Below, in pieces: positions 1-9,653 of a stretch of DNA of 48,251 bases (its first letter is position 1; the number at the start of each line of letters is the position of its first letter). The DNA is from a virus (taxonomy: Duplodnaviria > Caudoviricetes), in IMG/VR virus record IMGVR_UViG_3300027373_000174, positions 1 to 48,251 of that record, one strand, 5' to 3'. The notes below the pieces were generated by a model. The model ran no database searches. It saw only the letters and a list, made by a program, of their open reading frames with translations, and was not told the DNA's origin. A program made the translations under genes and the position numbers.

Positions 1-148
1 TGCCGGTTTTATCCAGCAGGGACCTGTTGATAACTTTTAGACTTATCAACAACCCAAACAAAGCAAGCTTCACCTTAAGTCATCTGGGCCAAAGGGCCTA
101 GGAAATTCTCAAACCTCCTGCAACTTTTTCTCAAACCGCCTGCCAAGT
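1..148. mobile_element. Probable end of an insertion sequence that interrupts hsdS (family not determined)
   Basis: HsdS-like translation stops abruptly at ~150 and there is an in-frame TAG at 38-40. Two 16-bp direct repeats 22 bp apart (TTCTCAAACC(T/G)CCTGC at 106-121 and 128-143) and an imperfect palindrome TGTTGATAA..TTATCAACA (25-51) resemble a transposon end. No transposase is in the window. Confidence 0.5.
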
Positions 149-538
149 TATACTCGCCGTGGCGACAAAATATCATTAGCCTATAATACTACGGAGCGCA
201 CATATCTTGTTTCTTCCATTTCCTCTGTTTTTAAGGTTAACTCCATTGAGAAACTATTGCCAGATTATCTGTTTATGTATTTTACACGCTCGGAATTTGA
301 CCGTTATGCTAGATTTCACTCATGGGGATCTGCACGCGAAACGTTTACTTGGGATGATTTGTCTGAAGTTAAAATTCCCATCCCAGAAGATATCTCTGTA
401 CAGCAAGATATCGTGAATATTTACAAGGCATATATCGCCCGCCGCGAAATTAATGAGGCGCTTAAAACGCAGATAAAGGACATATGCCCTGTTCTTATAA
501 AAGGCTCGTGCGAGGAAGCACGGACTTGTCAAAGGTGA
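149..538 (+). pseudogene. hsdS: Type I RM specificity subunit, C-terminal fragment
   Basis: Frame reads TRRGDKISLAYN...LLPDYLFMYF...FHSWGSARETFTWDDL...IPIP...QQDIV, a TRD plus conserved helix. It lies directly upstream of hsdR; the 5' part is missing. Confidence 0.8.
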
Positions 539-546
539 GGAACGAA

Positions 547-3500
547 ATGGAACGAGAGTTCGCAAAGGGACAATTTACAGAAGCACAGCTTGAATCGGCA
601 ATCATTGAACTCTTCAATGGCCTAGGTTGCTATTCCTACATAAACGGCGATAGTCTTCACCGCAGATTTGATGAAATTTTACTTGAAAACGACCTGCATG
701 CCTTTTTGTCCAGCCAGTATCCAGATTTGACCGAGGCGGAAATATCCAGAGCTATAAGCAATCTGAAAAACATTCCGACTGCCCCTCTGTATGCTGGCAA
801 CAGAGAAACTTTTTGGCTGATTAATGAGGGATTTGACCTGCACAGGGATGATACATCAAAGCTAGCCCAGCACGTCAATTACATTGATTTTGCAAGGCCT
901 GACAAAAACATCTTCAAAATCGTCAATCAGTATTCCGTGCAGGGCGAGCGTCTGAGGCGACCAGACATGCTGCTGTTCATTAATGGAATCCCTGTAGCCA
1001 TATTCGAATTCAAGACCGCAATCGAAGAAGATAAAACTATTTACGATGCTTGGGAGCAGATAAACACTCGTTATTGCCGCGATATCCCCAAGCTGATGAA
1101 ATACTGCTTCTTTTCAGTCATAAGCGACGGTGCGAACACGAAATTGGGGACAATTTTCACTTCATACGAGTATTATTATTCGTGGAACAAGGCAAATGAT
1201 GCCGAAAAGGTTTCAAACGGCATAAGTTCTCTTTTCACGATGATAAAAGGTGTTTTTGCCGTGGAACGCATAACGGCAATTCTACGGGATTTTGTCTATT
1301 ATCCGGATGAAAACAGCCAAGGGCTGCCTGTGGTTAGCCGATATCCGCAGTTCTTTGGCGCGAATAAGATGCTCGTGAATATTAAGGCGCACCTTAAACC
1401 CACTGGGGATGGGAAGGGCGGCACTTACTTCGGTGCGACCGGATGCGGGAAAACGCACACTATGCTTTTTCTGGCCAGATTACTGGCACTGCGGGAAAGG
1501 GAAACCTTCGACAATCCAACTATCGTACTCATCACCGACCGGGAAGATCTGGACACGCAGGCTTCCGAACTGTTTGTCGCCTCAAAACACTTTCTGCACG
1601 ATACCAATGTGCGCAGCATCGAGAGCAGGCAGGATCTTCAAACTGCTATAGGCGGTGCGGCAAGTGGCGGCGTTTTCATTACCACCATTCAAAAGTTTTG
1701 CGAAAGCACAGGACTGCTTTCAACTCGGGCCAATATCATTTGCTTGTCGGATGAAGCTCATAGAACACAGACCAATGTGGGTGCCAAACTCAAGAAAACG
1801 GATGAAGGCGTATTCACCACATTCGGTTTCGCCAAATATCTGCGGGATTCATTCCCGAACGCAACATATTGCGGATTCACCGGAACGCCCATAGACGAGA
1901 CGATAGCGGTTTTCGGCCCGGTGGTGGACAGCTATACCATGAAGGAATCCTGCTCGGATGGTATTACGGTGCGTATTTCATATGAGCCACGTTTGGCCCG
2001 CGTGATACTTTCCGAGACACAAGCGAAGGAAATACAGAAGTATTACGACAAATGCACCGACGATGGCGCGAATCCTGAACAGGTTGAAGAAAGCAAACGC
2101 GCCATGAGTGAAATGCGCAGGGTGCTCGGGCATCCGGATCGGTTGAAACTCTTGGTGAAGGATATTGTCGCCCATTACGAAGCTTTGTGTTATGCCAAGC
2201 CTGGCATTGTACAGAAAGCCATGATAGTTTGTGCGGACAGGATGCTGGCCTTCCGCTTATTGAAAGAAGTAATTGCGCTCCGACCGGCATGGAATGAGCC
2301 TAAAAAGGCGGAAGATGAGTCGAAGCTAAACGAAGAACAGCTCGACAAACTGGTGCCGCTGGAAAAAATCAAGCTGGTCGCCACACAGGGCGAGAACGAC
2401 GAGAAGGAATTATTCGATTTATGTGGCACAACCGAATATCGGAAAAAGCTGGATAAACAGTTCAAAGATACCAACTCGAACTTCAAGATTGCAATAGTGG
2501 TCGACATGTGGATTACCGGTTTTGATGTGCCTTCTCTTGCCGTAATGTATATCGACAAGCCATTGCAGAAGCATACCTTGATCCAGACGATTTCCCGCGT
2601 TAATCGTGTTTTCGAAGGCAAAGACAAAGGCTTGGTGGTAGACTACATCGGTATCAAGCACGACATGCTGGAAGCTGTAAAGAAATATGGCGGCCCGCAG
2701 GAAAATCCTGTGGACGAAATCGCCATTTCAGTTTCCGTTTTCCGGAATCATCTTGCAATCATCGATCAGCTTTTGCACGGATTCGATGCAAAAAAGTTTT
2801 TTACCGGGGAACCGCTGGAACGTTTGGTTTGCCTTAACGCCGCTGCTGAATATGTCCAGCTTAATAAAGAGCTGGAAACTAAGTTTATGGGGCTATCCCG
2901 CAAGATGAAAGCCGCCTATGAGATATGCTTCCCTTCCGGCGAACTGACAGATGAAGAGACGGCAAAAGCTCAATTTTATATGGCAATACGCTCAATCATA
3001 TACAAGCAAACAAAGGGCGATACTCCTGATGCCGAAGTCATGAATCGCGTGGTAGAAAAAATGGTTATGGATGCGATTAGCTGTTCCGGAATGGAAAATA
3101 TAGTCAACTCTGAGGGACCGGACGACTTGTTTGGCGATGAGTTCACCAAGCAGCTAAGCAAGGTCAATCTGCCAATATCAAAATTCAATGCCTTGCTGAA
3201 GTTACTTAAAAAAGCGGTTTCTGCCTATGGGCAAGTAAACAAAGCCAAGGCGATAGTGTTCAATGAGCGGCTTAAAAAGGTGGTTGATAAATACAACAGC
3301 CGGGACAAACTGGTCTTTACCAGCGAAGTCGTTGCAGACTTCATTAACGGCTTGTCCGATGAATTGGTGAAGATATTCACGGATCTTCATGAGGACAAAA
3401 CTTCGTTTGAAAAAATGGGCATATCCTTCGAGGAAAAAGCCTTTTATGACATCCTTGTAAAAGTGCGGGATGAGCATAAATTTAAGTATGAAGATGCGAA

Positions 3501-3711
3501 ATGTATTCTCCTCGCAAAGAAAATCAAAGAGTTGGTCGATGATAAGTCGCAATTTGCAGACTGGTCTTCGCGCGACGACATCAAAAACCAGCTTAACATG
3601 GATTTGACAGTATTGCTGTATAAAAATGGCTATCCGCCAGAATGGGATGACGAAGTGTTCGTTCAGGTTCTAGAACAGGCAGAGAACTTTAAGAAGTATA
3701 ATGGCGTATAG
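547..3711 (+). CDS. hsdR: Type I restriction endonuclease subunit R
   Basis: RRPD..INGIPVAIFEFK nuclease motif, Walker A ATGCGKT, DEAH box, FTGTP, VDMWITGFD, QTISRVNR. Start set at ATG 547 after GAGG. Confidence 0.95.
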   Translation: MEREFAKGQFTEAQLESAIIELFNGLGCYSYINGDSLHRRFDEILLENDLHAFLSSQYPDLTEAEISRAISNLKNIPTAPLYAGNRETFWLINEGFDLHRDDTSKLAQHVNYIDFARPDKNIFKIVNQYSVQGERLRRPDMLLFINGIPVAIFEFKTAIEEDKTIYDAWEQINTRYCRDIPKLMKYCFFSVISDGANTKLGTIFTSYEYYYSWNKANDAEKVSNGISSLFTMIKGVFAVERITAILRDFVYYPDENSQGLPVVSRYPQFFGANKMLVNIKAHLKPTGDGKGGTYFGATGCGKTHTMLFLARLLALRERETFDNPTIVLITDREDLDTQASELFVASKHFLHDTNVRSIESRQDLQTAIGGAASGGVFITTIQKFCESTGLLSTRANIICLSDEAHRTQTNVGAKLKKTDEGVFTTFGFAKYLRDSFPNATYCGFTGTPIDETIAVFGPVVDSYTMKESCSDGITVRISYEPRLARVILSETQAKEIQKYYDKCTDDGANPEQVEESKRAMSEMRRVLGHPDRLKLLVKDIVAHYEALCYAKPGIVQKAMIVCADRMLAFRLLKEVIALRPAWNEPKKAEDESKLNEEQLDKLVPLEKIKLVATQGENDEKELFDLCGTTEYRKKLDKQFKDTNSNFKIAIVVDMWITGFDVPSLAVMYIDKPLQKHTLIQTISRVNRVFEGKDKGLVVDYIGIKHDMLEAVKKYGGPQENPVDEIAISVSVFRNHLAIIDQLLHGFDAKKFFTGEPLERLVCLNAAAEYVQLNKELETKFMGLSRKMKAAYEICFPSGELTDEETAKAQFYMAIRSIIYKQTKGDTPDAEVMNRVVEKMVMDAISCSGMENIVNSEGPDDLFGDEFTKQLSKVNLPISKFNALLKLLKKAVSAYGQVNKAKAIVFNERLKKVVDKYNSRDKLVFTSEVVADFINGLSDELVKIFTDLHEDKTSFEKMGISFEEKAFYDILVKVRDEHKFKYEDAKCILLAKKIKELVDDKSQFADWSSRDDIKNQLNMDLTVLLYKNGYPPEWDDEVFVQVLEQAENFKKYNGV

Positions 3712-3726
3712 GTGCAAGAGGAACCC

Positions 3727-4710
3727 ATGGGTAACAGCACAGATAAAAATTTAGGGAAGTTGCAGCGAATTGACGACCTCCAGAAGATCTGGGAAGACGA
3801 GGCCCGTGAGTTTACGCCATGGCTTGCAAAGCAAGACAATCTGGACTTGCTTGGCGGAGCCATCGGGCTTGATCTGGAGCTAGAGGCGCAAGAAAAGAAT
3901 GTTGGCCCATTCCGCGCGGATATCCTCTGCAAAGACACCTTAACCGGCAATTGGGTACTCATTGAAAACCAGCTTGGCAGAACTGACCACACCCACCTCG
4001 GCCAGTTGATGACCTATGCCGCCGGTTTGAAGGCGGTTACAATCGTTTGGGTGGCCAAGAAATTTACGGAAGAGCACCGGGCTGCGCTGGATTGGCTCAA
4101 TGAAATTACCGACGATAAATTCAATTTTTTCGGCATTGAAATCGAACTCTGGAAGATTGCCGAATCTCCTATCGCGCCCAAACTGAATGTGGTTTGCAAA
4201 CCCAACGACTGGAGTAAGGAAGTTTCCGAAGCCGCAACCCGCATTTCCGATGACAATTTGACTGAAACGAAAGCCATGCAACTTGAATTCTGGCGTGCGT
4301 TCCATGATTATGCATCCCAGCATGCCGAGCGGATACGTCCTACAAAACCATCACCACAGCACTGGATGTATATGTCGATCGGCAAAACGGGCTATTTATT
4401 GAGCGCGGTCGCCGCCTTTAAAGATTCTGTGACCAAGTCATTCGATGCGCACGAAATACGCGTAGAACTGGTTATCCAAGATGATGGGGCCAAAGAACGA
4501 TTCCAAGCATTGTTCGCTAAGAAAGAGGAAATTGAAAAGGCACTCGGGGAATCTCTGGCATGGCACAATCCGGAAGACAAGCAGATGTGCCGCATATATG
4601 TCCGCCGCGAAGTCGATTTAAATAACAAAGACGAGTGGGGAAGCTATGCCCAATGGCTCGTGAAAAAGCTAGACAAAATGTACGAAGTGTTCTACTCAAT
4701 AATTAAATGA
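3727..4710 (+). CDS. DUF4268-domain protein with N-terminal NucS/EndoMS-like nuclease fold
   Basis: EAREFTPWL, VGPFRADIL, LIENQL, DHTHLGQLMTYAAG; this family is common next to RM loci. Confidence 0.8.
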   Translation: MGNSTDKNLGKLQRIDDLQKIWEDEAREFTPWLAKQDNLDLLGGAIGLDLELEAQEKNVGPFRADILCKDTLTGNWVLIENQLGRTDHTHLGQLMTYAAGLKAVTIVWVAKKFTEEHRAALDWLNEITDDKFNFFGIEIELWKIAESPIAPKLNVVCKPNDWSKEVSEAATRISDDNLTETKAMQLEFWRAFHDYASQHAERIRPTKPSPQHWMYMSIGKTGYLLSAVAAFKDSVTKSFDAHEIRVELVIQDDGAKERFQALFAKKEEIEKALGESLAWHNPEDKQMCRIYVRREVDLNNKDEWGSYAQWLVKKLDKMYEVFYSIIK

Positions 4711-4767
4711 TCCATTGATAGCAAATGGAACATTTGTCTTCTGGGATTACATGTGGAGGGTATGTTT

Positions 4768-7296
4768 ATGATAGATTTCAGAAAAAAGTTAGACACTGTA
4801 AAGGTGCGGGCTTTAACAGACCCAATTGAATTGTATGGTACTCTCGATAGAGCTAGTGATAAAGGACTGCTTCGGCCTATTCAGAATGAGATTTTAGGGA
4901 AATGGAATAAAGATTTTCGGAGTAAGCACGATGTCCTTTTAAAGCTTAACACGGGTCAAGGAAAAACTTTAATTGGCTTACTAATTTTGCTGTCAAAAAT
5001 TCATGAAACACGAAAACCAGCATTGTATCTATGTCCCAACAAATATCTAGTAGAGCAAACAATCAAACAAGCTGATGAATTCGGTATCCCTGCTTGCAAA
5101 GTAACAGATGGTGAGTTGCCTTCGGAATTTTGTGATTCCAAGAAGATTTTAGTTACCACCGTGCAAAAACTCTTCAACGGATTAACCAAATTTGGACTTG
5201 GCAATAAATCTATGGCAGTCGATAGCATTGTAATAGATGATGCACATGCTAGTGTTGCAGCTATTCGTGATGCATTCACTATTAAAGCCAATAACGATAC
5301 TGATATTTACAAAAAACTCATTTCTTTATTTGGTCCGGCACTGCAGCAGCAAGGCTTGGCAACTTTTAAGGATATTGAAAGTGGTATGTATGGCGATTTT
5401 TTGCCGGTACCTTACTGGGATTGGAATACCCATATTGATAAGGTAATTGAGATATTGTCAGACAATAAAACAGACGATTCAATTAAGTTCCGTTGGGAAA
5501 TTATGAAAGGTTGTCTAGAAAGCTGCCAATGTTTTATTTCTGGCACATATCTTGAGATAACACCATATTTGCCACCAATAGATTTGTTTGGCACCTATTG
5601 GAAAGCTGCGCATAAAGTTTTCATGTCTGCGACAATTACAAATGATGCTTTTTTAATTAAAGGTTTACAACTACCACCATCGGTCATAACCACACCACTA
5701 AAAGCCGAGAATGAATCTTGGGCAGGGGAAAAAATGATTCTTATTCCCTCGCTGATGAATCCCGATTTGAACAGAAGCGTTATTGTTGAGAGATATGCGA
5801 TTCCCAAAAAACGCTCTTTTGGAGTAGCTGCGTTAGTTCCAAGTTTTGCGAAAACTAATGATTGGAAAGCTTATGGTGCAACAGTAATCACTCGAGATAA
5901 TATCGATACTGAACTCCAATATCTTAAAAATGGACAATTTGAGAATCCGCTAGTATTTGTCAATCGCTATGACGGTATTGATTTGCCAGACAGAATGTGT
6001 CGCATCCTTATTTTCGACTCACAACCGTTCTCGGATTCTCTTTCAGAGCGCTACATGGAACAATGTATTCCAGATAGTGATATTGCACAAATTAGACTTG
6101 CCAGAACAATTGAGCAAGGGCTAGGGCGTGGAGTTAGGGGTGAAAAAGATTACTGCGTGATTGTGATGGTTGGTCCAGATCTAGTAAAAGCTATCCGAAC
6201 AGAGGCCTCTCGCAAATATTTATCTAACCAGACTAAAAAGCAAATTGAAATCGGCTTGCAGATTGTAGATGCATTCAAAGAGGAGTCGGGCGAAACTGCA
6301 GGATCAAATCCTACTCAAGAGTTTGTCTCTGTTCTAAATCAGTGTTTATCCAGAGATCCTGGCTGGAAAGATTTTTATTCTGCACAAATGGACACCGTCA
6401 TCCCGGATGTACCAGAATCTAAAATATTAGATATTTTTGCGCTGGAGTTGCGTGCGGAGCGAAAATTTTTGAGTGGTGATGCTACTGGTGCAATAAATAT
6501 ATTGCAAACGGACATAATTGATGCTCTGAGGCTGGGTGATGCCTGCGATGGCTGGTATTTGCAGGAAATGGCAAGGTATAAATACACAGTTAGTAAAACT
6601 GAGTCGGCCAGTTTACAGATTGCTGCTCATAATAAGAATCACTCCTTGCTAAAGTCTATGGGGATGCGTATCTCTAAGTTGGAAAGCCACACGACAAGAC
6701 TCCAAAATATCAAAAGCTATAGAGAACATTTTCCATCAGCAGAAGAATTTGCATTAGCTATGAACATGACCATATCCGAGATAGCATTTGGAATACCATC
6801 AGCACATTTTGAAAGGGCTATTGATGAAGTGGGAAAGATGCTTGGGTTTGCGACGCAGAGACCAGATAAAGAATGGGGGGCTGGCCCCGATAACCTTTGG
6901 CATGTAGATGGTACATATCTATTAATCGAATGCAAAAATGAAGTGGACTTGAAACGCGCCCAGATAAACAAAGATGAATCCGGGCAAATGAATAACTCTT
7001 GCGCATGGTTTGAGCGAACATATGGAAGAAAATCTAGGAATAATTTGTTAATTATTCCCACAAGAGAATTATCTCATGGGGCTGGATTCAATGAACCAAC
7101 TCTTATTCTTCGAGATAAAGGCTTGAGAGACTTTACCAGAAACCTTAAAGCCTTTTTCTCTGAGCCAAGCATCTTGAATGCCCAAGATCTCTCCGGAGCA
7201 ACTATCACTCGTTTATTGCAAACACACGAACTTACAACCGCCGACCTTTTTAGCAAATATGCAGAAAAACCTAGGGCGGGTAATTCTTTAGAGTAG
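4768..7296 (+). CDS. SF2 (DinG/XPD-like) helicase with C-terminal PD-(D/E)XK nuclease, Hna-like anti-phage protein
   Basis: Walker A NTGQGKT, DDAH, MSAT, DGIDLPD, EQGLGRGVR; C-terminal GPDNLW...LLIECK; ~840 aa; AT-rich. Confidence 0.75.
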   Translation: MIDFRKKLDTVKVRALTDPIELYGTLDRASDKGLLRPIQNEILGKWNKDFRSKHDVLLKLNTGQGKTLIGLLILLSKIHETRKPALYLCPNKYLVEQTIKQADEFGIPACKVTDGELPSEFCDSKKILVTTVQKLFNGLTKFGLGNKSMAVDSIVIDDAHASVAAIRDAFTIKANNDTDIYKKLISLFGPALQQQGLATFKDIESGMYGDFLPVPYWDWNTHIDKVIEILSDNKTDDSIKFRWEIMKGCLESCQCFISGTYLEITPYLPPIDLFGTYWKAAHKVFMSATITNDAFLIKGLQLPPSVITTPLKAENESWAGEKMILIPSLMNPDLNRSVIVERYAIPKKRSFGVAALVPSFAKTNDWKAYGATVITRDNIDTELQYLKNGQFENPLVFVNRYDGIDLPDRMCRILIFDSQPFSDSLSERYMEQCIPDSDIAQIRLARTIEQGLGRGVRGEKDYCVIVMVGPDLVKAIRTEASRKYLSNQTKKQIEIGLQIVDAFKEESGETAGSNPTQEFVSVLNQCLSRDPGWKDFYSAQMDTVIPDVPESKILDIFALELRAERKFLSGDATGAINILQTDIIDALRLGDACDGWYLQEMARYKYTVSKTESASLQIAAHNKNHSLLKSMGMRISKLESHTTRLQNIKSYREHFPSAEEFALAMNMTISEIAFGIPSAHFERAIDEVGKMLGFATQRPDKEWGAGPDNLWHVDGTYLLIECKNEVDLKRAQINKDESGQMNNSCAWFERTYGRKSRNNLLIIPTRELSHGAGFNEPTLILRDKGLRDFTRNLKAFFSEPSILNAQDLSGATITRLLQTHELTTADLFSKYAEKPRAGNSLE

Positions 7297-7309
7297 GAGC
7301 GGATAGAAA

Positions 7310-8233
7310 ATGTTCAGAAAACTTGCCCCTCATATCATTGGCCTGACGAAAGATGCTTGCAATAATGCCTTCTGGTATAAAAGCGATTTGCGTATTTTTT
7401 TGAAAGACTATAGGATTTCTGATAACCGGTTAAATGAGCTTGAACATCAAACCAAACGAGAATTTATTGACATTCTTTTTGAAAAATTATGTGGGCTTCC
7501 TGATAATAAGGGACATCAGATTATACTAGAAATGGCCTTTGCCCTTTCTGTTATGACGTGTTTTCCGTCTCTCAACAAGTGCGATGATGCTGTCCGGAAA
7601 ATCAAACAGGCCCAAGAATCAGTCGCGAAACTCAAAAATGAGGTAGATAAAATTAAAAACCAAGCAGACCTTACTGCTATCAGAGAGCAGAGCCGGCAAC
7701 AATTTGAGAATATGCGGTCGAAGAACCTACAAGTGTTTAAAGATTTATCTAGTCTGAAGAACCGTTTGGATTCATTATTTACCAAAAGAGGAACGCAAGA
7801 GAGTGGATATGATTTTGAACGATGGTTTTACGAATTAGCTGCATTTTTTGACATTGAGCATCGTAGCCCTTTCCGGGACAAAGATAATCGCCAAATAGAT
7901 GGGTCCCTGACGTTAGAAGGAACAACTTTTCTGGTTGAGCTAAAAAACACCCAAAAACCGACTGAAGTTAAAGATATTGATCAATTCTTAGCCAAAGTAA
8001 CATGTAAAGCTGATAATACCATGGGAATATTTGTTTCTATGGCTGGATACACTTCAGGGGCAATTGCCAATGCCTCTCGTGATAAAACCCCTATAATTCT
8101 AATGGATTCGAAACACATCTACAGTATTGTTTTGGTAGGTGTCATGACCTTACCAGAGGTTATCGGTAGAATAAAACGGCATGCTTCTCAAACTGGAGAA
8201 GCATATCTGCCATGCGAGAGCTTCTCTCATTAA
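7310..8233 (+). CDS. Mrr-like restriction endonuclease with N-terminal helical/coiled-coil region
   Basis: GYDFE...QIDG...LVELK...GIFVSMAGYT catalytic pattern. Confidence 0.8.
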   Translation: MFRKLAPHIIGLTKDACNNAFWYKSDLRIFLKDYRISDNRLNELEHQTKREFIDILFEKLCGLPDNKGHQIILEMAFALSVMTCFPSLNKCDDAVRKIKQAQESVAKLKNEVDKIKNQADLTAIREQSRQQFENMRSKNLQVFKDLSSLKNRLDSLFTKRGTQESGYDFERWFYELAAFFDIEHRSPFRDKDNRQIDGSLTLEGTTFLVELKNTQKPTEVKDIDQFLAKVTCKADNTMGIFVSMAGYTSGAIANASRDKTPIILMDSKHIYSIVLVGVMTLPEVIGRIKRHASQTGEAYLPCESFSH

Positions 8234-8299
8234 GTTAGATGCTACCCGGGAATTGGTCGTAGTAAGATTTTTAAGTTTGTTAACTGGGAAAGTTGGATC

Positions 8300-9553
8300 A
8301 TGCTGAACCAAGCACAATTGGAAATATTGGGGGAATACATCCCGACGGCTTTCACGATTAAACTGCCAGGGAAGTTCCCAGATGACTATCGTTCAGGTGA
8401 AGGGTTTTCCACATATATTCATGAATATATTCATTATATCCAAGATATAACAACTGTTTATCCACTACTGGCATTTTTCCGACAAGCAGATATGCTGAAC
8501 CATATAGCTAGAGATATCGAAGTACTATCAACACCCATTGGTTTCCCGCTTGTGTTATCCAAAACCAGTGAAGAGAATATTGCCAAGCATTTTGACTGGA
8601 TGTATTTTCAGCGCGGTGGATACCTGAGATTCCCAAGAGAAGATGAAGATGTCGCCTCATATAAACCGTGTAAATATATTCCTTCAATCATTAAATTGCG
8701 CAATATTTATGATGCAAATCTTAGCCCTGCAAAGCGATATGATTTCCTATGCCAGAATAAGGCTGGGGAGCAAAATACATACTCCCTTGGAGCTAATTGT
8801 ATTATCGAAGGGATGGCCTCCATATCTGAGAAAATCATAGGTCATACCACTCCCAGTTCTCCTTTTATTCCATATTCAATTGCAGAATATTTTCTGCGAA
8901 AAAACTTGCCTGACTTGACTGATCTGGATGTCTACATCGTTTTTGACACCTGCTTATTGCATGAGATACCGGCGATTGCACTTGTTCAGATAATTTCATA
9001 TGGCAAAAAACGCAAATTACAATCTGGAAACGCACTTGCACTGGAATTGTATACATTGCTTAATGCTGCAGGAGAAATCGATAAATCTATGGAAGCAGTC
9101 GTATCTGGATTTGACAATATTTTATCAGCTCGGATTGATAATAATTTTTATGATTCGGTATCCTACCTAAAAAACATAGTAAGCACCGCGTTCGATACTC
9201 GAAAAAATAACCCTGACTTTCTTGTTAGGCCTATCCAGACATTTCGGGCCAATCCCATGGAGTTTTGGAATGTTTTTCCATCGCCACTCATTTTGGATAA
9301 TCAGCATATATCTGCCCTATCTGGCACAGATGTGAATCCAAAACACATATTCCTATTTCTTGCAATGCAACATATTTTTTACCAACTTTTCAGTGCCGAT
9401 AAGCCTGAATGTCCACTATTAGCCTATTGCAATTTAAATAGTAAAAACTGTGAATGCCAAACGAATCCATTATTTAGGTGTAACATGAACAGCCTTTGTC
9501 CATATGGCTATGCCGCGGCACTATTTGGATTCAGAGGCAAGACGTTCAAATAG
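8300..9553 (+). CDS. Putative zincin metallopeptidase (HEXXH) with Cys-rich C-terminus
   Basis: YIHEYIHYIQD, a downstream IEGMA Glu, and a C-terminal CPLLAYC..CEC..C..CPY cluster. Confidence 0.55.
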   Translation: MLNQAQLEILGEYIPTAFTIKLPGKFPDDYRSGEGFSTYIHEYIHYIQDITTVYPLLAFFRQADMLNHIARDIEVLSTPIGFPLVLSKTSEENIAKHFDWMYFQRGGYLRFPREDEDVASYKPCKYIPSIIKLRNIYDANLSPAKRYDFLCQNKAGEQNTYSLGANCIIEGMASISEKIIGHTTPSSPFIPYSIAEYFLRKNLPDLTDLDVYIVFDTCLLHEIPAIALVQIISYGKKRKLQSGNALALELYTLLNAAGEIDKSMEAVVSGFDNILSARIDNNFYDSVSYLKNIVSTAFDTRKNNPDFLVRPIQTFRANPMEFWNVFPSPLILDNQHISALSGTDVNPKHIFLFLAMQHIFYQLFSADKPECPLLAYCNLNSKNCECQTNPLFRCNMNSLCPYGYAAALFGFRGKTFK

Positions 9554-9653
9554 CAATACTTGTTCTCGTATTGTGCTCTCCGCCCCTCCATGTTTTTGCA
9601 TAAACAGAACTCACATCCACATGAATGCGACGGAGAAGGTTCTGTTTTCTGGA

